Source of the DNA: the human T2T-CHM13v2.0 reference genome, Homo sapiens
DNA length: 64,000 nt
Assembly (NCBI RefSeq): GCF_009914755.1
Contig: NC_060948.1
Reading direction: 5' to 3' (one strand)
The position numbers and the translations under genes were made by a program. This document shows, one piece after another, positions 10,706 through 23,291 of this stretch; positions within the stretch are counted from its first letter, which is position 1, and each line of letters starts with the position of its first letter. Under the pieces are notes generated by a model that saw only the letters and a list, made by a program, of their open reading frames with translations, searched no databases and had not been told where the DNA came from.

Positions 10706-11984
10706 TGTCAATGTCTCATTTTCCTGCCGCCTCTAGAGAGCTAGCTATCATCATTTGGCATATGTATAAATACCTACAGACAACATGTGGACAATTGGAT
10801 GCGTTTCGCTGATAATATTATATGGTACTTATATAGTATATAATGAAGGTTTGGTGTGCATCACAGTACATAGAGATCAGTAATATAATTCTGTGTGTCT
10901 TTCTTTATAAATGATCATACCTATACAATGGCTTGTTTAGCCATCTCCCTACTAACGGATTTGAGGTTGTCTATAATATTTTGTTTTTATACACAAAGCC
11001 CTAATATAAGGGTAGATTTTTCTCTGGTTATTTGCAATAGTCAATTGTCTATGGTGTTAATTAACCTTTTAATTTTTTAAAAAAATTCAATTACTCCTTA
11101 CTGGTAAATAGAAAAGCAATTGACTATTCACATTAACTTTGTATTCTGTGATTTTCCTATAATCAGTTATTCCAGGCGTTTTTGCTGTCATTGTTAATTC
11201 TTTGGGATTTTCCATATAGATGATCATATTATCTACAAAGAAAAAGACAATTTTATATCTTCTTTACTGGTCTATATAATTTTTATTTCCTTTTCTTGTC
11301 TTGTTACATAACCTAGAAACTCCATCACACTTTGAACTATGAATAGTGAGAGGAGACATCTGTGTCTTTTTCTTGGTCTGAGGGAGAAAATATTCAATTT
11401 CTCCTGATTAAGCAGGATATTAGCATTAAGATGTGTGGAGCTATTCTTCATAAAATCAAGGCATTGAGGACTCTACTTCTAACTTGCTCATAGTTTTTGT
11501 TTTCCATGAATTGGTGTTAAATTTTATCAAATGCTTTTTCTGGCTCAGTTTGTATGATCTGATGACTTTTCTTCTTTAACTTGCTGCTTACATTAATTGA
11601 TTTGTAAATGTGAACCAGGCTTGCATAGACAGGATACACCTCACTTTGTCATTGTGTATATATAATTTCACATATGGTAGAAATCTATTTGATAATATTT
11701 ATGGTAATAATTTTTGCATCTATGTTTATAAGAGACATTGGCCTGTAGTTTTTCTTTTGTGTAATGTCTTTATCTGTTTATCATGTAGAATTCTATTTTC
11801 TATTACTTATGTTAAGAATTTTTGCATTTATGTTTATGAGAGACATTGGCCTGTAGTTTTTCTTTTGTGCAATGTCTTTATCTGGTTTTGGTATTAGGCT
11901 CATACTTGCCACATAGCAGGAGACAAAAAGGGTTCCCTTTACTCTTATTTCATGGAAAATATTTAGAAAATTGGGATTGTTTCT

Positions 11985-12362
11985 TATGAGCTGGATTGCT
12001 ACCCTGCAGTTTCCATACATTAAAGTTCTGACACAAAGTACCTCAGAACTTGACCTTACTTGAAGATAAAGCCCTTAAAGAAGCCATAAGTTAAAAAGAG
12101 GCCATTAGGATGGGGCCCTTATCCTGAATGACTGGTATCCTAATAAACAGACACCAGGTGGTTTGCACATAGAGAAAAGATGATGTGAGGACACAGGGAG
12201 AAGACAGCCATTTACAAGAATGGAGAGAGTTCTCAGAAGAAACCAAACCTGTAGACACCTTAATCTTAGACTTCTAGTGTTCAGAATTGTGAAAAAAATA
12301 AAATTATGTTATTTAAGCCACACATCTTGTGGTATTTCATATGGCAGCCAAGCAGACTACTG
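11985..12362 (+). mobile_element. MLT1B-type LTR nested in L1M
   Basis: gaggccattaggatggggcccttatcc...gatgtgaggacacagggagaagacagccatt...tttaagccac. Confidence 0.8.
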
Positions 12363-13122
12363 CATGTTTATTCTTTAGAAGTTCTGTAGAATTCTGTAGT
12401 TAAATTAGGTGACTCTGGTACATTTTTGGAAAAGACATTAATTAGCAATTCATTTTCTTTATAGCTATAAGCCTATTCAAATTATCTATTTGTCTTTGTA
12501 TGAGTTCTGACAGTGATGTCTTTCAGGAATTTTGTTCTATTCATTGAAATTATCAAATTTGTGGGCATAAAGTTATTTATAATTTTTTGTTACATTTTCA
12601 TGTCCATGGGATCATTCATGATAAACCCTCTTTCATTTGTGATATTACCAAAGTGTGCCTTTTCTCTTTTTGCTTGGGTAGTATACATAGAAGTTTTTTA
12701 TTTATATTGATTTTTTAAAATTACTTCTTTTTTGGTTGCTGATTTTTTCTGTGGGCTGTTTTCAAATTTATTTTTCTCTGCTCTGATTTCTTTCTTTTCT
12801 CCTACTTGCTTTGAATTTAAATGTATCTCCTTTTCTGTACTTTACTAAGACAGAAACTTAGATTATTGATTTTAGATTTTTTTTCTAATATATGCGTTTA
12901 TTGGTTTAAAATTTCATTTGCACTCTGTATGTTTCGGTAAGTTATATTTTTATTTTCATTTAATTCAAATATTTAAAACATTTTCTTCATTACACTTTTT
13001 CTTTGGCCCATGTGTTTTTCAAGAGAGTATTATTTTATTTTCGGATATTTTAGGAATCTCCATCTACCTTTGTTATTGATGTCTAGTTTAGTTCTATTGT
13101 GGTTTGAGAATATATTTTGTTT

Positions 13123-13788
13123 TGTTACAGTCTCACCAATGCGCCACAGTGTAGTGGTCTCATTGTTTCAGGTATCATCCAAAATTCTTTATCTTACGGC
13201 CAAGAAAATTAAGGCATGTGGACACAAATGGTGAGGCTGGAGTGAAAGTTTAATAAGCAAAAGAAGAAAGCTCTCCACAGTGGAGGGTAGGCCTGAAAGA
13301 GGATAGCCAAGTATGAAGCTGAGTCTGGGGTTTTGATGGACTGGGAAGGGGAGGAATGTGCTGACTGGGCTGCAGACTCTATTCGAGAAAGCAGCACTTA
13401 GAAAGAGGTATGAGAGCGTAAAGGACCAATTGGAGACAGAGGTGAAGGCTTGGCCCAGAATCTTGTCCTGGGAACAATCAGCAACTGAAGTGATGATTCA
13501 CCCTATGTAAATGTAGACTTAGCCTACAGCCAGTTACAGAAATGTAAGCATATGTAAAATAGGTGAAAAGTAAGATACTAAGGCCTGCCCAGGAGAGAGA
13601 AATTTGTCCAAAAAGGAATGGAATTTGTTCATCTGGGTTCACAAAGTGAACATTTCTATTCAAGGCATGGGCTCTTTCTTATCTGGGGCCTGCAGTTTGA
13701 TTTTCAGGCTGTTCTTTGTTTGAAGAAATTTTACCAAGAACCTACCCTAACTGCATGTGTGACCAGTTTTTTACTTTCTCCTCTCTTA
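13123..13788 (-). mobile_element. MER50-like (ERV1, MER4 group) solo LTR nested in L1M
   Basis: Reverse complement starts tAAGAGAGGAGAAAG...CAGTTAGGGTAGG; imperfect 4-bp TSD gttt/gtat. Confidence 0.75.
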
Positions 13789-14899
13789 GTATGATTTCTA
13801 TTTCTATGAATGTGTTAAGTTGTATTGCCCAGAATGTTTTGTGTATTGGTGAGTATTCTATGTGAGCCTGAGAAGAATGTATATTTTGGTTCTGTTGGAT
13901 GACACATTCTATATATGCAAGTTAACTCAAGTTAATTGATAGTGCTGTTTAGTTCAACTACAATTTTTCTGATTTTTTTTTGCTGTTTCCTCTATCAGTT
14001 ACTGACAGACGGGATTTTAAATCTATAACTACAACAGTGGATTAGTCGGTTTCTCCGTTTAGTTCTATCAGTTCTTACCTCATGCAATTTTATACTCCTG
14101 TTTTTGGTGAAACATATTTGGAGTTGATATGTTTTCTTTGAAAATTGTTCCCTTTGTCTTTACAGTATTTGCATGTTTATCCTTGATAATTTCCTCATTC
14201 TGAAGTCTGATTTGTATGAAATCATTAAGTACTCCAGATTTGTTTTCATTAGTGTTTAGATGGCATACCTGTCCCTCTCTTTATTTTAACATGTCTGTGT
14301 TTTTAAATTCAAAATGAGTTTCTTTAGACACGTATAGTGGGTTTTATTTTCCTTTAAATTATAATCACATTATAATCTTAGTCTTTTAATTGATGTACAT
14401 AAACATGAGTGTTTAAAGTAATATAGTTGAATGAATTTTTAACATGTTGGTAATCATTCAATTTGATATATTTTTTATTTGTTTTTTGCCCATTTTCAGC
14501 TTTCTCTGCTTGAGTATTTTTAAAAATTATTTTTATTTTTTGTATGTACATAGATGTATATGTTTCTGGGATATGTGGGATATTTTGAGCAGTTTAAACA
14601 ATCTTATTTGTCCCTTCTCTTGGCATATATATTAAACTTTAAAACAATGTGGTATTTTCCTGAACATTACTAATATATCCTTTTAGCTAATACAAGTCAC
14701 CTGTTGAATACTATGATACTGCTTCCTGGACAATGGAACTACCTCTCAAGAGTATTCTTAATTCCACCCTCCCATTACTTATGTAATTACTGCTATGTGT
14801 TTATTTTTATTTGCATATATGCTATAGTCTCTTAATACTTATAATACTCTTAATACTCATAATTGCTATTATGATTACTTTAAATTTCTATCTGTTTAG

Positions 14900-16108
14900 T
14901 CATAGGCAGAAGATTGAAACTATACTACTTCCTTACCCCATACACAAAAATCAACTGTAGATGGATTAAAGACTTACATATAAGACCCAAAACTATACAA
15001 ACTCTGGAAGACAACGTACTCAATACCATCCTAGACATAATAATTGGCAAAGATTTTATGACAAAGATGCCAAAATACATCTCAACAAAAACAAAAGTCG
15101 ACAACTGGAATCTAATTAAGCTGAAGAGCTTCTGTACAGCAAAAGAATCTATCAACAAAGCAAACAGACAACTTACAGAATGGGAAGAAATTTTTGCAAA
15201 ATATGCATATGACAAAGGTCTAATATCCAGCAGCTATAAAGAACTTAGACAAATTTACAAGAAAAAAACAAACAACCCCATTAAAAAGTAGACATGAACA
15301 CATGTTTTTCAAAAGAAGACATACATGTAGCTGGCAAGCATATGAAAAAAAGCTCAGTATCCCTGATGGTTAGAAAAATGCAAAACAAAATGACAATGAG
15401 ATACTATCTCACACCAGTCAGAATGGCTATTATTAAAAAGTCAAAAAATAACATATGCTGGTCACGTTGCAAAGGAACATTTATACACTGTTGGTGAAAC
15501 AGTAAATTAATTCAATGACGGTGGAAAGCAGTATGGTGATTCCTCAAAGAGCTAAAAACAGAACTACCATTCCATTTGGCAATCCCATTACAGGGTATAT
15601 ACCCAGAGGAATATAAATCATTCTACCATAAAGATATATGCACACAAATATTCACTGAAGCACTGTAGACAATAGCAAAGACATGGAATCAACCTAAATG
15701 CCCACAAATAACAGACTGGATAAAGAAAATGTGGTATATATACACCATGGAATACTATGCAGTCATAAAAACCAATGAGATGTCTTTTGTGGGAATGTGG
15801 GTGAAGCTGGAGGTTATTGTCCTTAGAAAACTAACGCAGGAAAAGAAAACCAAGTAACACATTTTCTCACTTATAAGCAGGAGCTAAATGATGAGAACAC
15901 ATGGGCACAAGAAAAGAACAACAGGCCCTGAGGCCTACTTCAAATTGGAGGGTGGGAAGAGGAAGAGGAGCAAAATAAATAACTATAGGTTACTGGACTT
16001 AGTACCTGGATGATGAAATCATCAATACAACAAATCCCATGACACAAATTTACCTATATAGCAAACCTACACATGTATCCCTAAACCTAAAATAAAAGCT
16101 TATAAAAG
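14900..16108 (+). mobile_element. 5'-truncated older primate L1 (L1PA13-16/L1PB-like)
   Basis: ORF2 C-terminal peptides (ORFs 14914-15291 and 15294-15497), 3'UTR and A-rich tail. Confidence 0.9.
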
Positions 16109-16459
16109 AAGACTAGGACTTAATTTTTTAACCATCTTTATTCCATCTCTAACACTCTCCCTTTATTGATGGAGATCCCAGCTACTGCATTATATATTCG
16201 GCACCATATTTTTCTCCCTATAGGGCCTCTTTTAACATCTCTTGCAGGGCAAGTCTCTGGCATTGAAATTCCTCAGCTTTGTCTGTCTGAAATATATTTT
16301 ATTTTGCTTCACTTAAGAAAGATTATTTAACTTGATCTAGAATTTTAAGTAGGTGTGAACTTTTTCCTTTCCATATTTTAAATATTTCACTTTTCTCTCT
16401 TTTTGCTTGCATAGTTTCTAATGAGAATTCTGCTGCAATTTATTTCTTATCCTATTTGG

Positions 16460-16495
16460 GAGAGAGAGAAGGAGAGAGAGAGAGAGAGAGAGAGA
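16460..16495. repeat. (GA)n microsatellite
   Basis: Direct read. Confidence 0.9.
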
Positions 16496-17290
16496 ACTCT
16501 GGCCTATTTTAACGTTCTGTGTCTGCACAATTTGCACTTTGATAATAATTTGTCTAAGTTTTTGTTTATTTGCTTGTTTTGCTTCATTTTGGATATTTGA
16601 TCCTGTTTGTTATTTTCCGAGCTTCTTGTATCTGTAGTTTGGTATCTGTCATTAATTTTAAAACAATCTCAGTCATTATTGCTTCAAAAATTTTTACTGA
16701 TTCTGTTCTCTTTTCTCTTTCTGATAAAACAATTGTGCATTCACTGTACTTTCTGAGACTTTACCTTGTGTCTTGGGTGTTCTGTGTCCTATTTTTGATT
16801 TTTATGATTTTCTCCTTTTTTGTATTTCAACTTGAGAAGTTTCTATTGAGTTGTCTTCCAGTTCATTGACTATGTAGTCTCCTAATGAGCCCATCAAAGC
16901 CATTCTTCATTCTGGTTACATGTTCTTGATACTTAGTGTTTTCTTTTGATTCTCTAAGGAGTTACATCTCTGCTCTTACATTACCCATCTGTTCTTGCAT
17001 GTTGCCTACTTTTGCCATTAGAAACACTGACACAGTAACCATAACATTTTAGATTTCCTCTCTGGTAATTTCTTCTGTGGTATATGTGAGTCTGGTTTTA
17101 TCCTTCAGCCTGTGTTGTTATTATTATTATTATTATTATTAGTCTTTTAGCACTCTTTACAATTTTTTTCTGAGAGCTGAATAAGTTGTATCAGGTAATA
17201 GGAATTGAAGTAAATAGTCCTTTAGTGTGAGTATTCAGGTAAATCTGTCCAGTAGTGATGCTGTGTCACTATATTTCTGTTTCTCTCTTA

Positions 17291-17294
17291 TCTG

Positions 17295-17330
<36 letters not shown>

Positions 17331-17338
17331 CCTACCTA
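17291..17338. repeat. Y-STR DYS461 (GATA-A7.2): TCTG (TCTA)9 (CCTA)2
   Basis: Flanks 17234-17258 TTCAGGTAAATCTGTCCAGTAGTGA and 17388-17411 (reverse complement AGGCAGAGGATAGATGATATGGAT) match the DYS461 primers as I recall them. Confidence 0.85.
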
Positions 17339-17430
17339 TCTTCTATCTACCTATTATCTATCATCTACCTATTAGATATATCTGTCTATCCATATCATCT
17401 ATCCTCTGCCTATCATTTATTATGTATTTG

Positions 17431-17435
<5 letters not shown>

Positions 17436-17482
<47 letters not shown>
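17436..17482. repeat. Y-STR DYS460 (GATA-A7.1): TAT(CTAT)11
   Basis: Flank 17482-17503 is the reverse complement of GAGGAATCTGACACCTCTGACA (recalled DYS460 primer); it lies ~100 bp from DYS461 as expected. Confidence 0.85.
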
Positions 17483-18330
17483 GTCAGAGGTGTCAGATTC
17501 CTCTGGTATTCTTGTGCTTGCTACTGTCTTGACTTTCCTAGATAATTCTTCTTGGAAAGAGTTTGGCAATTTGGGCTCTTTCTGCTGAAGTTCACTGTTA
17601 CTAAAGTGGAGCCCTTTTACTGTGGTGATCAGGGTAGAGGAAAAAAGAAATCCATAATCTTAATATTAAATTTCAGTTGTTTTTTTGTGGGGAGGACTAT
17701 AGTTCTGAGCTGAGAACTTTAAAAATGTTTCTCCAGTGATAAGCATTTATATTCTCCTTTTTTGTGAGGCAGGAAGATTAAAGGTTGTCTAAGATGTGAA
17801 GCATGATTTTCTTCTAGTTGGATTAAAGCTGAGTAAAGCCATTTTCCCTAAAGCAGGAGGTAACTTGATTATTTTTTACAGTGCTTTCATTTCTCAGCCC
17901 CTTGAAGAGCCACAAGGAATCTGTTTGGAATCTTCATAATGAAAACTTGGTGGAGTTTCTGGAGGTAAGGTCCATTAGAGTTACGGCTCCCCTAAAGAGA
18001 GTTGACTCCAGAAGTTCCTTACTCTCATGCTATTCCAGTCAGCCTCTAGTAATTGCGCAAACTTCCCATGGACATGTTTCCCTACCAATTAAGGATTATG
18101 TGTCTTCTGCTCCAGGTGAGCTGACCTCGGCTGTGCATCTCTGTATTCACCTGTCTCTCCAGTTTTCTGAATGGCATCTTTCTGTGCCATTAGTTCTCTG
18201 AAGGTTCTAAGCAGACTTGCTGATTTTACTTTGCTCAGCATTTTTATTCTGACAAAACAGAGTGTCAGCTTCTAAGCTCTCTACCTGTCATAGCTAAAAC
18301 CAAGTTGTATTTACTATGTTAGTTTTCAAG

Positions 18331-18936
18331 AGGTCACAATGTCAGCCTCAGTGATCATGGGACTTCTGGAAGTCACATAAAGGGGGCTGAGGGCTGAGGT
18401 GAGACCTGGTCTTAACAGGGCAGAGACCAGAAATGGAAGTCACAGAGAGGGAACTGGAGAGCAACATGCCATCTGGGATTCACAAGGAGAATTCATGGGC
18501 AGAAACTGAGAGTTGAAGTCCCATCTCCACCTTCGTGGAGAAAGGTCACAGTTCCAGGTCATAAGTCAGGCATTGGTGACACAGGTCATGGATGGAGATC
18601 ACAGGTCAAAGTTGAGGAGCATATTTCAAGCTTAAGGAATTATTCACACATCAAATACGAGGAGCAGTGTCCCATCTGAGTTCACAGAATGGAGCCTGGA
18701 TTTTATAGGTCAGAAATTACCCTCAGAGTACACATTTAAGGGTCACAGAGTGGTAATCATGGATAGAGTAACAAGTAAGAGTTACAGAGTAGGGATCTGA
18801 GATGGAAGACCAATCTGAGGTTCACAGGTCAGAGTTCAGAAGAAAGAAGACCAAACTGGAGTCACAGGTCAGAGTTTAGCAGATGAGGGAGGAGTGCATC
18901 TTGGGTTCAAAGGTCAGAGTTCAGGGCCAAAGATCA
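18331..18936 (+). promoter_or_regulatory. Degenerate array of AGGTCA/DR1 nuclear-receptor half-sites (function unproven)
   Basis: Nine perfect AGGTCA on the + strand plus GGTTCA/AGTTCA/AGATCA/GGGTCA variants at 7-bp spacing. Confidence 0.5.
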
Positions 18937-20648
18937 CAACTGCAAGTTAGAGCAAGAAATGCTTGGCTTCTTGGTAAGGAGACAACTGATGCAGAGAGTT
19001 GCTGGGGCCATACCAGTGCTCAACTCTCCCTATGTGCATTTGCTCATTGACGTCCTGGCTCAAACATGCAAATTATGTGCAGTCACTGTAGATGCCACCC
19101 AAATCCTCAAATTCTGCTAAACTTCTGGAAAATCAAGTCAGATGAGTGGGTCTGACATTTCCGGCAGTGGGGGGGGTGGGTAGCAGAATATTCAAATCAG
19201 AAAATTATCTTTATTTTAAAGATGTATCAATTAATTTGTAGTTAATCTTCAGATATTAGCATTTTGAACAAATTTTGAGCTGATTAGCTCATTTTAAAAC
19301 ACAGACTTTTTTTTTCTTTCCTTTCCTTTTCTTCTCTTTTATTTCTGTTGTGTCCAGCTAGTGTCTGCTTTGTATTGTTTTGTTTTGTTTTTGTCCCAGG
19401 GATCTATGAGGAAGAATTGCCTATGTCATCAATAGGAAGCACTGAGGACTCCACAAAACTCCCGGTTCTCAGGTTTGCTACAGAGGGAGCAGAAGGCCAC
19501 TGGGATGTTGGGTTCATATACGTGAAATCATAAGGTGCCAGTTCCCTAGGTTCCAAAACCCAGTCTAAGATCGAAGCGTGCTTGCACGTGATCTGAGAAG
19601 GCAATGCTAAGAGAAAATTCTTAAGTACAATACTGTTGAGTTTTACAATAGCAAAGAAAACGAAAGAGCTTGAGACTTAGCAAGTGTGTAGTGATGTGAA
19701 GTAAAAGGAGAGAACCTTGCTGCAAACACAGTTTTGTGGACAGTTATGTAAAGGAGTTGCCCGACACTGTCCTACACAGAGAAACTCTTTGTCTGGGAGC
19801 TTACAGGAGGTTGTAAATCGCATATCAAGAGGGCAAGAGGAAAGACTTCAAGGATGAAACCTTTTCTAGCACTGAGATTATCTAGGGATGAGAGTGCATA
19901 CTTCTCTGAGAATTTATTCTATTTTTGGTCAAATGCATACATTGTTAAAGGAACCATGATAGACTTAAACACTGGCTATATGAAACTTGCACCATTATAA
20001 AGGCTCTCCTGATATCTGAATAAATATTGATATGTTTTTTGAAAAAGAACTTATAGTATAGCAAAATAAAATAACTAAAGGAAAATGCATAACCTCTAGC
20101 TGTTGTAAAGAATTAATTGGAACATTCATTGCTAACACAGAGGTTGCATATTTCTTGGATAAGATAAATTTCATAAAAGTTACTAAGTCCAAACACAGGC
20201 CACCAAGAGCTAAAATATGGTCTGAAAACTAAATAAGCTCTACCAAAAATCCTGACTTATTTTTCTACTACTGTGGCAGAATTGGCTCCTTTAAAATCTC
20301 AATTTTTAACAGAATTTGTTTATTGCATGGGAGTGGTTAACAGTGTCAATGTTGAGCTGACTTCACATTAACGTGCAGTTCAGATACATGGAGTTTTTAA
20401 TTTGCTATTATATAATGTAAGATTTCTTGAATCTGAAATGTATACTGTAAATATGCTGAGGTGCATTATAAACTAGAGTTTGGTTAGATGAGAACATATG
20501 TGTTTACATAGACTTTTAAAACCCTCTTTTTATGTTATTTTTAAGCTCATCAGTTACTTAACATTCATAGATGCAATGGTATTTAAGTATTACTATGGAT
20601 GTTTCATTTCTACTTGTAATTATTTGGGCTTCTAGACCATAACTTTTA

Positions 20649-20998
<350 letters not shown>

Positions 20999-21099
20999 TT
21001 CCTCTTCCTCTAAGAAAAAAATGATTTTAAATTCCATTTATCTTATTTTAAATGCTAAGTCCATTTTTTATGACAGATTTATCTGGGAAATCATGTGTT

Positions 21100-22265
21100 T
21101 TTGTGTGTGTGTGTGTATATGTATACTATAAAACATATGTATGTAATAGTATAACACATGTGATTATATTATACAATATGTATACATCGTATATATTTAT
21201 GTAATACATATGTATATAATATATAAATATATAAAACACTTGACATTAAACGTTTATTATAGATAATGTATTAAAACCTAACATTATATATTTTATTAAT
21301 TTATTATGTATAACATATATAGCTTATATATGTAATGAATTATATATTATGTATTATAGTTTATATACATAATATTTAATGTATCATATATTATATAGTT
21401 TCTATATTATATAATGTATTATATAGTATAGTATATATAATATACAATATTAAAATTTATATATAAAAATTTGCATATGAAAACATATAAACATATGTAA
21501 ATATATATTAAATAATACATTATATGTTATATATTTAATATATTATATGTAATTTAAATTATGCATTAAATTTTAATATAATATATAATATATACTCAAA
21601 TACATAATTGAATGTGATTACTTTATGTGTAAATATATAAATATATATTAGTATTTATGTGACATAAGAATATGTATTCTACATAAACGTGTATGTTTAT
21701 GTAATGTAAAATATGTATTCTATGTAAATATGTATATATTTATGTAATATAAAAATATGCATTCTATATAAATATGTGTATATTTATGTAATATAAAATT
21801 TGCACCATATATTTATGTAATACATACATGTATTATACAGTTACGTAGCACATATACATATATTATATATGTTTATATAACACAAAGTATATATTATGTG
21901 TTATCTGTATGTATCTATAATGTATTTATTATACGTGTAATATATGTAGTGCACAAATATATACATGTATAATACATATAGTATGTTTATTATAAATACA
22001 TATGTATTACAGATAGATTACACATGTACATGTGTTGTATAAGTATATAACAAACATAATATACATTACATATTCATGTATTTACATGAAAATATGTGAG
22101 CAACACATATATAAATATGTGTTAATATGTATATTATATGTAACATGTATAATATGTATACATGTTTTTAAAATACATATATGTATTATAATCATTTATA
22201 ACATACACATGTATATATTTTGTATATACACACATCATATATATGTGCATATTTACATACATGCA
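21100..22265. repeat. Long degenerate (TA)/(TATG) low-complexity tract
   Basis: Over 1.1 kb that is mostly A/T. Confidence 0.9.
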
Positions 22266-23291
22266 TTTTATTCATTCTCAAATGTTCTACATGTTTGCTA
22301 AAACTTGCCTTTTACAAATGACATACATCTGAATATAATTTTTTAATTCCAATTAGAAAATCATAAGTATTAATAAAAATGGGGAGGGGAGGAGCCAAGA
22401 TGGCCGAATAGGAACAGCTCCGGTCTACAGGTCCCAGTGTGAGCGACGCAGAAGACGAGTGATTTCTGCATTTCCATTTGAGGTACCGGGTTCATCTCAC
22501 TAGGGAGTGCCAGACAGTGGGTGCAGGTCAGTGGGTGCGCGCACCGTGCACGAGCCGAAGCAGGGCGAGGCATTGCGTCACTCGGGAAGTGCAAGGGGTC
22601 AGGGAGTTCCCTTTCCTAGTCAAAGAAAGGGGTGACAGATGGCACCTGGAAAATCCGGTCACTCCCACCCGAATACTGCGCTTTTCTGACGGGCTTAAAA
22701 AACAGAGCACCAGGAGATTATATCCCGCACCTGGCTCGGAGGGTCCTATGCCCACGGAGTCTGGCTGATTGCTAGCACAGCAGTCTGAGATCAAACTGCA
22801 AGGTGGCAGTGAGGCTGGGGGAGGGGTGCCCGCCACTGCCCAGGCTTGCTTAGGTAAACAAAGCAGCCAGGAAGCTCGAACTGGGTGGAGCCCACCACAG
22901 CTCAAGGAGGCCTGCCTGTCTCTGTAAGCTCCACCTCTGGGCGCAGGGCACGGACAAACAAAAAGAAAGCAATAACCTCTGCAGACTTAAATGTCCCCGT
23001 CTGACAGCTTTGAAGAGAGCAGTGGCCCTCTCAGCATGCAGCTGGAGATCTGAGAACAGGCACACTGCCTCCTCAAGTGGGTCCCTGACCCCTGACCCCT
23101 GAGCAGCCTAACTGGGAGGCACCCCCTAGCAGGGGCAGACTGACACCTCACATGGCCGGTTACTCCAACACACCTGCAGCTGAGGGTCCTGTCTGTTAGA
23201 AGGAAAACTAACAAACAGAAAGGACATCCATACCAAAAACCCATCTGTACATCACCATCATCAAAGACCAAAAGTAGATAAAACCACAAAG

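Larger units (their letters stand above)
11080..18300 (-). mobile_element. Old L1M LINE, antisense, with multiple nested insertions
   Basis: T-rich antisense L1 ORF2/ORF1 sequence; ORF 11793-12020(-) ends LIPKPDKDI..KNYRPMSLININAKILN (L1 ORF2). The right boundary is approximate. Confidence 0.8.

Noticed and set aside
22360-22380. TSD of the full-length L1
   Set aside because: Only A-rich aataaaaa matches both ends, and it cannot be distinguished from the decayed tail, so no TSD is claimed.
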